DNA of 64,000 nucleotides from assembly GCA_900548675.1 (NCBI GenBank), contig URLJ01000005.1, positions 4,412 to 68,411 on the forward strand, read 5' to 3'. The stretch's first letter is position 1; each line of letters opens with the position of its first letter. A program made the translations under genes and the position numbers. The notes below the pieces were generated by a model that ran no database searches, had not been told where the DNA came from, and saw only the letters and a program-made list of their open reading frames with translations. This DNA is from an uncultured Mollicutes bacterium. Its GTDB lineage: Bacteria; Bacillota_I; Bacilli_A; ML615J-28; CAG-313. Positions 18,336-26,946 of the stretch are shown in pieces.

Positions 18336-18799
18336 AATAAATCTTTTTGCTCATCTATCCAACTCAGCCATTTTATAACAGTACTTGCTCTTCTTTTGCA
18401 TACCTCATAATTATCTATTTTATAGAGAATACTTATCATTTGAGATATTTCATCAATTGTTGGATTTGAATTATAATAATAACGCATGAAAAACACTTCG
18501 CCAAAAACAGGCATTGATACAATTAGTTGAGATAGTTTTAAAACCCTTGTATCATTTGAAACACTTTTAAGTTCTTTTGCGACCTCTGTGAACTGTCTTT
18601 TTAATATTAAACCTAAAAATTCACATGCGCTCAAATAATAAGATATTTGTCTATCGGTTCCTAAACTGAGCAACTCTTTAAGGTAGTCGTTGTCTTTTAA
18701 TTTATCCTCATTAACTTCTAATAATTTGATGATCTTTTCAAAATCATTTGCTTGTGGAAATGGAACACTATTTCTTTCTTCCATAAATAAGCACCTCAT
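18332..18799 (-). CDS. Hypothetical protein, translationally coupled to the Dam methyltransferase
   Basis: 155-aa ORF. Overlaps the methyltransferase 3' end by 32 nt. Confidence 0.4.
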   Translation of the reverse strand: MRCLFMEERNSVPFPQANDFEKIIKLLEVNEDKLKDNDYLKELLSLGTDRQISYYLSACEFLGLILKRQFTEVAKELKSVSNDTRVLKLSQLIVSMPVFGEVFFMRYYYNSNPTIDEISQMISILYKIDNYEVCKRRASTVIKWLSWIDEQKDLL

Positions 18800-19616
18800 C
18801 TACTTTTTTTCTCTCTTTCTTACTATTAATGTTTCTATTTGCTTTTATAGTTTTAGTAGAATATACTATTTCATAATTATCAGATTCATTAAATAATTCT
18901 CTAACAAACTTAGTATCATTATTTGATATTAAAACAAAGCAACCCTTTGATATTAATCTATCACACGTTTTTTTCAAGCGGATTAAATCATCATGAGTAA
19001 AGCCTTCTTTAACATAATTAACAAAACCGGAAATTTCATAATCATATGGTGGGTCAAAATATACCCAATCTCCAGTTTTAGCAGTCTTTGTAGTTTCAAC
19101 AAAATCTTCTGATAATATTTTTATCTTATTTGTGTTCAAATAATTAGAGATTTCTATTAAATTGTTTTCATCACATATTAAAGGATTAACATATCTTCCA
19201 ATAGGAGTATTAAAATAACCATTTTTATTTACTCTGTATAAACCATTATAGCAAGTTCTATTTAGATAAATTGTTCTAGCTGCTTTTTCTACATCTGTCA
19301 TTGATCCATATAAGTATGGATCTCTGTCTAAGCTTCTAATATAATAGTAATAATCTTTGCAATGTCTACTTGCATGCTCTTTTAGCTTGGTAATTAAATC
19401 GTTGACATTATCTTTTATAACCATATATGCGTTGATGATTTCCGAATTTAAATCATTTATTATGCAATAATTATGTTTTAATTCAAAAAATACTGAGCCT
19501 CCACCTAAAAACGGTTCAAAATACCTATTATCACCAATTTTATCATTGGTTACAAATTCTTTGATATATGGTATCAACTGTCTTTTACCACCGGCCCATT
19601 TTAAAAATGGTTTCAT
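18768..19616 (-). CDS. Dam-family (D12 class) N6-adenine DNA methyltransferase
   Basis: KWAGGKRQL N-terminal motif and DPPY catalytic motif. Confidence 0.85.
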   Translation of the reverse strand: MKPFLKWAGGKRQLIPYIKEFVTNDKIGDNRYFEPFLGGGSVFFELKHNYCIINDLNSEIINAYMVIKDNVNDLITKLKEHASRHCKDYYYYIRSLDRDPYLYGSMTDVEKAARTIYLNRTCYNGLYRVNKNGYFNTPIGRYVNPLICDENNLIEISNYLNTNKIKILSEDFVETTKTAKTGDWVYFDPPYDYEISGFVNYVKEGFTHDDLIRLKKTCDRLISKGCFVLISNNDTKFVRELFNESDNYEIVYSTKTIKANRNINSKKERKKVDEVLIYGRKK

Positions 19617-19627
19617 ACGCTCACTCC

Positions 19628-22135
19628 TTATTCGAATTCCATTTCATCATTTCCACCAAAAATGAAATTGCCCTTTCTTATAGATTTTTCCATAAGTTCC
19701 TCTTTTTTCTTTAACGCTTTATAGATATCATAATCTTTGGATTTTTTCATTTCATCATCATAATAATTCAAATATATATAATAATTTGTTTTATCTGAAT
19801 CTTTTAGGCCAAGTCTATGAATTCTATCTCTAGATTGAAGGTATTGGTATAAGTTATAATTTAATTCAAGATAATGTGCATCATGGCACGCTTTATGTAA
19901 AGATACAGATTCCGCTAATGTTGCAGGATTTGTTACCAAAATTTGCAATGTACCATAGTTAAACTCATCTATTATTTTTTCTCTTTCAGATTGTTCTGTA
20001 TCTCCATAAATCGTTTTTACATAATATCCTTTATCTTTTAAAACCTTATAGATCACATTGATCGTGTCTACGAAGTTGCACCACACGATTGACTTTCTAT
20101 TGTTTTTTTCCAATATAGACAAAAACTTACATATCTTACTGGTATAATAAATTTCTCCATCTATATCTGTATTTTTTTCATTAAATTCAATACTTTGATT
20201 ACATTTAAATGGAACACAACCTATTTCTACTAATTTAATTGTGCTTTCAAACGAATTCATCTTTTTTGAAATAATTTGATTATATAGTTCTCTTTCATAA
20301 CTGTTTGTTTGAACTTGAATTAAATTATCATGTTCTGGGAGAGGTACGTTCAAATCTTTTTTATCTACTCTCACAAAATATGGATATAAAATATGGTTTA
20401 AATCAGAGTTCTGTAATCCAGTCTTTCTATATCTTGAATCATCAGATTTCAAAGTTGATTCAAACATTTGAAAATATGATTGTGCATAATCATCATGTAA
20501 TAGAGACATCATATTAAATAGATCTATATAGCCGTTTGGCAACGGGGTACCTGTCAACGCCATTCGATATCTAGTTTTATAAGCTATTTCTTTAAGACAT
20601 GCATATTTCAAACTGTCTATTTTTTTTATTCTATGAATCTCATCAAAAACAATCATTGTCTTTGAATCAACCAACTTTAGTAGTTCATTTTTCACTTTTG
20701 TAATAAGCTCATAATTCACTATAATAAGCCTTGATGTAGAGTAGTCGTGTAGCAACACATCGCTTTTTTCACTAATGCTATCGTTATTAATTAAACATAA
20801 TGGTGCATGATTATCGGACTCAAACGAAACCGCATTATATTCATCTTTCCAAGACTTAGCACAATTGACTGGACCAATAACAAGCAATTTATCTACATAA
20901 TTTTGATTTAGACTGCATTCATTAGCCAAATATTCAAATGCCCCAAGAACTGTTGCGGTTTTTCCACTTCCAGGAACAGAAAAGTTAAGTGATTTTTCCA
21001 TCTTTACCAAATGGATTGCTGACTGTATCTGACTATCTTTAAGCGGACGTTTAATTAAAGAATTAATACCAGCTTTCAATGATGCAAAATCAGAAGTTGA
21101 CGTATAATCAGTTTTCTTTATTTCAGTTCCTTTTACGGATAATTCATCATAATTTCTATAATGCAAATCAAAATAATCTTTTGCTTTCTTTGTTAAGTAG
21201 AAAGAAATACTATTGTTGTTACATAGTTTTTCAATTTTAAGCTTAAAATCCATCAATTCAGTTATACGTTTGATGTTTTTAAGTTTAAAGCATTTTTCTT
21301 CTTTACTTAAAAAATTAGAGGTTGAAAACTCACCAATATTTTTATAATTAAGCAAAGGTATCATATCGATGTTTGATGTTAAAATTACTTCTCCAAATTC
21401 ATTAAAATCAAATCTGATATAGTTAGGATTTTTAATGTATTGTTTAATTTCTTCATAATCAATTTTTTCTATCATTTTGGTAATAATAGGGTCTGGTAAA
21501 TCAACAGTTATAACATCATCCTTCTCATTATTCCAAATATTATCAAACAGATTATTGAGCTCATTTATGCTGTTTAATTCTCTTTTGCTTGGATTATCCC
21601 AGTCGATAGTAACTTGAAAAGCCTCATCATTAATTCCTGCCGCTGCTTCTGTGAAATTAGGCGAACCAATGTAAACTAGATTATGTATTCCATCTGATAT
21701 AATTCCAAACTTATCATGAACAATACCCGAAATTTTATATACCAATTTTACATCTAACTTTCCAACCGCAATTAAATAAGAAAATAAGTTAACATCATCT
21801 TGCTCACAAAGCTCGTTAATTCTTTCAACAATAATTGTTTTAGATAGTGCTGTTGTTAAAGAACTTTTTTCAGAATACCCTTTATTAATTTGCTTAATTG
21901 TTTCAGAATCTATATCTTCTGACAAAATAAGTTGCATATACCCGTCATTTTTTATAAATTCAGATATTCCTTTTTTTAGATACTTAAAAATTCCAACCGA
22001 AAAATAAGCTGTAATTCTCTTATATAGATTGGCATTCAACAATGCTTTTGAATAAAAGTCTTCAACATCTTTCTGGTTAAAATAAATAGTATTAAAATTA
22101 ATTTTTGACAAATCTTTATTCATTTTCGTTTTCAA
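19628..22135 (-). CDS. PLD-family (HKD) nuclease fused to an SF2 (SNF2/ResIII-like) helicase
   Basis: HKD motif HDKFGIISDGIHNLVYIGSPNFTEAA. Walker A NFSVPGSGKTAT, DExH MIVFDEIHRIK, a C-terminal helicase domain with QSRDRIHRLG. Confidence 0.8.
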   Translation of the reverse strand: MKTKMNKDLSKINFNTIYFNQKDVEDFYSKALLNANLYKRITAYFSVGIFKYLKKGISEFIKNDGYMQLILSEDIDSETIKQINKGYSEKSSLTTALSKTIIVERINELCEQDDVNLFSYLIAVGKLDVKLVYKISGIVHDKFGIISDGIHNLVYIGSPNFTEAAAGINDEAFQVTIDWDNPSKRELNSINELNNLFDNIWNNEKDDVITVDLPDPIITKMIEKIDYEEIKQYIKNPNYIRFDFNEFGEVILTSNIDMIPLLNYKNIGEFSTSNFLSKEEKCFKLKNIKRITELMDFKLKIEKLCNNNSISFYLTKKAKDYFDLHYRNYDELSVKGTEIKKTDYTSTSDFASLKAGINSLIKRPLKDSQIQSAIHLVKMEKSLNFSVPGSGKTATVLGAFEYLANECSLNQNYVDKLLVIGPVNCAKSWKDEYNAVSFESDNHAPLCLINNDSISEKSDVLLHDYSTSRLIIVNYELITKVKNELLKLVDSKTMIVFDEIHRIKKIDSLKYACLKEIAYKTRYRMALTGTPLPNGYIDLFNMMSLLHDDYAQSYFQMFESTLKSDDSRYRKTGLQNSDLNHILYPYFVRVDKKDLNVPLPEHDNLIQVQTNSYERELYNQIISKKMNSFESTIKLVEIGCVPFKCNQSIEFNEKNTDIDGEIYYTSKICKFLSILEKNNRKSIVWCNFVDTINVIYKVLKDKGYYVKTIYGDTEQSEREKIIDEFNYGTLQILVTNPATLAESVSLHKACHDAHYLELNYNLYQYLQSRDRIHRLGLKDSDKTNYYIYLNYYDDEMKKSKDYDIYKALKKKEELMEKSIRKGNFIFGGNDEMEFE

Positions 22136-23408
22136 TTTGTAACTTAAGCGTTCTTACCTTGTTTTCTATTTCTGTTAATGCATTTTTTATCTCTTCCAAT
22201 TTTTGATTTGCTATAGTGTTTGATGCATTGATCAAAGGTTTAACATTAACATTATCAAGGCTTTTTAATGCATTTTTACATTCTTTAAGAGGAATATCTA
22301 TTTGGTTCTTTGCAACTTGCTTTGAAACAACTTTTTCATAGTTTTCTTTGTCCTCAGTTGCTTCATCTGAATTTCTTAATTCTTTAATCGATTCATTAAA
22401 ATCATCTATATCAGTTGAATCTTCGATGATTGTTTGAATCTTGTCTCCAATTGTTTCTTTATGCTCATCAATTAGTTTTTTAGTTTCAGCTGAATCCTTG
22501 AAAACTTTCTTAATTAAACCATCTCTTAAATTTTGGGTAATTAAAGCAACATCTAAAGTTAATAAATAATCAAAAAATAGATGTTTTCTTTCTTGCTTTT
22601 CTAATTCAGTCAGATTTTTACCATCGTTCATAAAATATGTTACAAGCGGTTCAAGAGGCCAGTAAATTTTCATATCTTCAGCAATTTGATACTCACCACT
22701 TTTTCCTATGTAATCCAAGAATTCATCAACCAATTTACATGTTTTGCATATCTTACTTACATCACCTGCGGTAGTTCCATTACCTAATAGTTCAGCAATT
22801 GATGTATAATCAAAGCTATTTTCTTTTTCTATTAACCAATATATGCTCATATTTTTGTTAATAACATTGTATCCAACCTTCTCATCTGCACCAAATTGTA
22901 CTCTTAATTCATATTCTTTTAGCAACTGCCTTGTAATCTGCTTGCCATCTACTTTAATTATTGCAGCTAAAAAATATGCGAATCTTTCGTCACTTGGAAA
23001 TTCTCTATGTAAACGTCTAATACAAGTAAATCTTCTATTTCCGTCTACAACTGTTCCATCGTCTAGTACAACCCCAGGTTCTATCTGCCCAAACTTTTCA
23101 ATATCTCTTTTTGTAGAAAGATTCCTTTCTTCGTTAGTAGACCATATTAAATTTTCAACTTCATCATTATACTTTTTTGGATCAATGTTCTTTAGGGTTG
23201 CAAGGTTTGTGTGCTCTTCGTTTTCAAATCTTTTAGCCTCCATGAACATTCTTCCATTCGTTGGATTATACACTAGGATATCAACAGGAATTTTATACAC
23301 ATCATATTCTTGGGAACTATTTTTTAAAACTATAGTTTTTTGCTTAGCTGTACGTTTTATTCCCCACTCTTGATAATTATCATTTACATTTAAATTAAGA
23401 ATCTCCAT
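22116..23408 (-). CDS. DUF262 / ParB-like nuclease-NTPase domain protein with coiled-coil C-terminus
   Basis: FGQIEPGVVLDDGTVVDGNRRFTCIRRL matches the DUF262/ParB DGQQR-type motif. The C-terminal region is helical, coiled-coil-like. Confidence 0.65.
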   Translation of the reverse strand: MEILNLNVNDNYQEWGIKRTAKQKTIVLKNSSQEYDVYKIPVDILVYNPTNGRMFMEAKRFENEEHTNLATLKNIDPKKYNDEVENLIWSTNEERNLSTKRDIEKFGQIEPGVVLDDGTVVDGNRRFTCIRRLHREFPSDERFAYFLAAIIKVDGKQITRQLLKEYELRVQFGADEKVGYNVINKNMSIYWLIEKENSFDYTSIAELLGNGTTAGDVSKICKTCKLVDEFLDYIGKSGEYQIAEDMKIYWPLEPLVTYFMNDGKNLTELEKQERKHLFFDYLLTLDVALITQNLRDGLIKKVFKDSAETKKLIDEHKETIGDKIQTIIEDSTDIDDFNESIKELRNSDEATEDKENYEKVVSKQVAKNQIDIPLKECKNALKSLDNVNVKPLINASNTIANQKLEEIKNALTEIENKVRTLKLQIENENE

Positions 23409-25842
23409 TTAAAATCTCCTCCATTTCCTTTTCATAATATTCTTTTGTTAAATATATTTTTTCCGAAGACTTCGGACAATAATAACCCATTTCAGACAAT
23501 TCAGAGTTACTAAATTCTTTCTTTATTTTATATTCATCCATCATTTTTTCTTTTAAATCTATTAATGTTAGTGAACCATATTCATTAAGAATGTCATCCA
23601 ACAATATCTTCATAGATAGTTCTGATTTAGAAAAAATAATTGTTCCCAATGAATTAAGATAATTTACACTTCTAATTGTCATAACCAAGTATGATACTAT
23701 TGCTTTCGTATCAAATGAATATAACAAGTCTTTATATTCACTGTTAGTATCTAATACTTTTTTAAACTCATATGAATCTAAATAATCGTCGATAGTATAT
23801 ATCCCATTATTATCAAGATTATCTTCAATATCTTTTTTTAAATTCTTAACAACACACGTTTGTTCTCTTTTAACTACATTTAAATAATTATTATCAGATA
23901 TTTTTACTACCAGGCATTCATCGACTAGATCAAACATCTTGTAGTAAAAGTATTCTTTGTTAGATATTTTAGAAAGTTCATTTTCGCTTAAAATATAATC
24001 TAGATCTAATAATTCATTTTGAACCGCTTCCAACCTATTGTTAAATAAATTCGAATAAATTGCCGTATTAGTTTTTATATAACCTATCTTTTTTAGGTTG
24101 TTAGAATTTAATAATAGTTCAACTTTTTTCGTGTCTGAGCCATATCTGATTTCTAGCTTGTCTCGCAAATAATTGTATCCAATACATTTATGTTCATTCA
24201 AGTCTTGGCAAAGTCGTTCATAATCTTCTTTTGGTATCTCATCATCTAAAGATATCAGACCGGTCGAATTTTTATATCTATTTATTACATCACAAAAATT
24301 TGCTAAAACAGAGGCTTCTTTTAATCCCGTTACATCACGTATGTGAGAAAGATAATCTTCAACAGTACAAGGTAGTTCCATATCCAAAATCATATTTTCT
24401 ATGAATGCTTCTTTGTCTACTCCTAGCGATACTATAACTGGATTTCTTACAAATTCTATTTTTCTACCATATTTTGGGCCAAATAATCTTTTCATCAATG
24501 CAAAAAGTTCAAATTCATCATTGATAAAATTTTTATTACATAATTCCTTGTTATTATCATAAAAAAATGAAACCGACCCATAGCCATAAAAATTATCTAG
24601 ATACTTATCCATAGCTTCTATGAAATCAAACGACAAAGAATCTTCTTTATAAATCAAGAATTTTCTTCCTGTAACAGAAATAAATAATCTTTGGTGTTCG
24701 ATTTTTCTAGTTTTAATTTTAATATCATCAATGTTCTTTCCTATGCAAAGCTCTTCACTATAAATATTTAATTTTGATAAAAACTTGTTATAATCATCCG
24801 CAATATCATCAACACAAAAACTATGAAGAGAATTACTAATTACATATTTTTTAAATAGCGTAATAAAATCAAAACTTACTAATTCATTTCCAATAATTAT
24901 AAGTTTGTGTTTTCTTAATACTTTTTTGCCAAGATCACTATCAAATAAGTTTAGATCATTAATATAGTCAATTGAATTCTTTAATGGTTTTATTTCGTAT
25001 TTTAAGAAGATATATTCTATTAAGACATAATCAGTTAACCCTACAAGGGCGAATTCTTCTTTTTCAAAATCATAAATGCTCAAGAATTTATAATATTTAA
25101 TTTCATTATAAAAAATAGGATACGAGCTTATTCTTTTCTTTATTATTTGCCTAACTCTTTCTCTAGTTATAGACATTTCTTGAGCTATAGATTCCAGCGT
25201 TGCTCCTCGGCATTTTTTTAATACCAATTCATCCCTCGGATCGCTTGATTTTAATAAATAATCACCGATCTGCTCTTTTCTAATTTTATAGCCATCAAAC
25301 GTATTACTTATCTTATTTTCAGCAATTAATTCATCTATTATTGAATCAAATTCATATACACTCACTAAAGGATATTTATTAAGTATTTTTTCTTTTAGTA
25401 CGTTATTCAAAATAGGTTCATTTTGCTTGATTTGATTTAATATTTCAGTTTTAGGACTAATCTTTATTACAGAAGATAATTCATTAATTGCAAATAATAT
25501 TTTATCGTATGATCCCTTTTGTAATTTTATCTTCTCAGAAAATTCTTCAAATTTAGAAGATAGTAAATCGCAAGTATCATAATTTTCTTTTATTTTTTCA
25601 ATTATAAATATATTGATGTCAAAGAATAGCAAACAATATATAGAATAGTAATTTGATTGCATCAAGTATAGATCATTGATTATATTCTCTGCTGTTGGTG
25701 TTTTTCCTAAAACATTGTATATATCATCTTTTTCGATAATTTTATCTTCTATTACTGACAAAATTCTCAATAAAGTCCTACTTGAGTGTCCTTTCTCAAT
25801 CAAGTTAAGTAACTTTATGTTTCGTAGTTTTATTTCATCCAT
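23395..25842 (-). CDS. Large hypothetical protein (815 aa) with internal sigma-70 region-4-like HTH
   Basis: GATLESIAQEMSITRERVRQIIKKR resembles the sigma-70 region 4 HTH. The rest is unrecognisable. Overlaps the DUF262 gene by 14 nt. Confidence 0.5.
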   Translation of the reverse strand: MDEIKLRNIKLLNLIEKGHSSRTLLRILSVIEDKIIEKDDIYNVLGKTPTAENIINDLYLMQSNYYSIYCLLFFDINIFIIEKIKENYDTCDLLSSKFEEFSEKIKLQKGSYDKILFAINELSSVIKISPKTEILNQIKQNEPILNNVLKEKILNKYPLVSVYEFDSIIDELIAENKISNTFDGYKIRKEQIGDYLLKSSDPRDELVLKKCRGATLESIAQEMSITRERVRQIIKKRISSYPIFYNEIKYYKFLSIYDFEKEEFALVGLTDYVLIEYIFLKYEIKPLKNSIDYINDLNLFDSDLGKKVLRKHKLIIIGNELVSFDFITLFKKYVISNSLHSFCVDDIADDYNKFLSKLNIYSEELCIGKNIDDIKIKTRKIEHQRLFISVTGRKFLIYKEDSLSFDFIEAMDKYLDNFYGYGSVSFFYDNNKELCNKNFINDEFELFALMKRLFGPKYGRKIEFVRNPVIVSLGVDKEAFIENMILDMELPCTVEDYLSHIRDVTGLKEASVLANFCDVINRYKNSTGLISLDDEIPKEDYERLCQDLNEHKCIGYNYLRDKLEIRYGSDTKKVELLLNSNNLKKIGYIKTNTAIYSNLFNNRLEAVQNELLDLDYILSENELSKISNKEYFYYKMFDLVDECLVVKISDNNYLNVVKREQTCVVKNLKKDIEDNLDNNGIYTIDDYLDSYEFKKVLDTNSEYKDLLYSFDTKAIVSYLVMTIRSVNYLNSLGTIIFSKSELSMKILLDDILNEYGSLTLIDLKEKMMDEYKIKKEFSNSELSEMGYYCPKSSEKIYLTKEYYEKEMEEILNGDS

Positions 25843-25845
25843 AAG

Positions 25846-26046
25846 TTACTCCACCTCAATATTAATGTTCTCTTTTTCAAAATAATATTTTAATAATCTC
25901 TTTATTTTCATTGTAGGTTCATGAGAACCAGCTTCCCACCTATTAACAGTTGCAAAACTAACATTAAAAAGAGCAGCAAATTCTGCTTGAGTTAAACACA
26001 TTCTTAATCTTAATTTCTTAATTGCTTCACTATATTTCATAGTCAA
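25846..26046 (-). CDS. Small XRE-family HTH regulator at the head of the operon
   Basis: LTQAEFAALFNVSFATVNRWEAGSHEP. Stop is 4 nt from the 815-aa gene start. A TATAAT -10 box and GAGGG RBS lie upstream. Confidence 0.75.
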   Translation of the reverse strand: MTMKYSEAIKKLRLRMCLTQAEFAALFNVSFATVNRWEAGSHEPTMKIKRLLKYYFEKENINIEVE

Positions 26047-26443
26047 CCCTCACAAACGGAAAAATATATAATAATTATAACACTTTTATATAAAAATTGC
26101 TAGTAAGCAGCTGATAATTCAATATAATTTTTCATTTTTTCTCAAATTAATAAAATATAAATCGCTCTGCAAACCGATGAGGCACAAATTATAACCATCA
26201 AATTTTTATATTAATTGTCTCTAAGCAAATAAGTACGCCTTGTCATTGATGCCTTTAACCACATTGAGAAGCGTCTTTCATTGATGTAATTTTAATCAAT
26301 TTATTGGAACTTTTCTTTTCAAATATGTGCTAGCGAGACTTGAACCCTATACCTATAAATGTATCTATTGATGTTGCTTATGCTCCTATAGGTAAAGTTA
26401 CATCAATATTTTCATAAATATTAATTGAAAATACCTATTTTCA

Positions 26444-26550
26444 AAATGCAACCCCCTCTAAATTTTGCTCTTTGAAAATGCAACCCCTTCTTTTTTGGCA
26501 TAAAAAAATGCAACCCCTAGCGTTTTGAACCTTTAGAATTGCAACCCCAT
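26444..26550. repeat. Four direct repeats of AA(A/T)TGCAACCCC at 30-32 bp spacing (iteron-like)
   Basis: Copies begin near 26446, 26478, 26508 and 26538. Confidence 0.7.
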
Positions 26551-26702
26551 AAATTAATGATTTGATTTATGCTATTAAAAATGATGTTAAAAATAAGGCA
26601 AATTTCTTATTGGTGGGACTTGTACTCTGGTGATTTTATCTTTTTTTACCCTAAAAACAAAAAAATTGTGACAGATTTCTCGTATCACAATTCTAGTTCT
26701 TT

Positions 26703-26779
26703 TATGGGGCGAATGAAGGGATTCGAACCCTCGAGTGACGGAGCCACAATCCGCTGTGTTAACCACTTCACCACATTCG
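26703..26779 (-). tRNA. tRNA-His (GTG)
   Basis: Cloverleaf with anticodon loop TTGTGGC, TTCGAAT T-loop, 8-bp acceptor stem including G-1:C73, encoded CCA. Confidence 0.85.
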
Positions 26780-26780
26780 C

Positions 26781-26856
26781 CATGGCAGGGGATGCAAGAG
26801 TCGAACTCGCATTGACGGTTTTGGAGACCGGTGTACTACCATTGTACGAATCCCCT
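26781..26856 (-). tRNA. tRNA-Trp (CCA)
   Basis: AGGGGAT acceptor, anticodon loop CTCCAAA, TTCGACT T-loop, encoded CCA. The CCA anticodon argues against UGA=Trp recoding. Confidence 0.85.
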
Positions 26857-26946
26857 ATAGATTGCTTTTATATTATATCAAAAATTAACTTTTATTGCAA
26901 GTGTTTTGGTTAAAAAAGAAAAGGCACGTAAATTTACGTGTCTTTT

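Noticed and set aside
26325-26350. GCGAGACTTGAACCC resembling the reverse complement of a tRNA T-arm (possible att duplication of a tRNA 3' end)
   Set aside because: The flanking bases cannot form a T-stem (GCGAG versus CCCTA) and there is no acceptor-stem complement, so this is a chance resemblance.
26444-26550. AATGCAACCCC repeats as a possible mini-CRISPR array
   Set aside because: The repeat unit is only ~11 bp with ~20-bp intervening segments and no adjacent cas1/cas2, which is not CRISPR geometry. It is treated as an iteron-like array instead.
26569-26913. 114-aa plus-strand ORF
   Set aside because: It lies directly over tRNA-His and tRNA-Trp on the opposite strand and has no RBS, so it is an artefact of the six-frame track.
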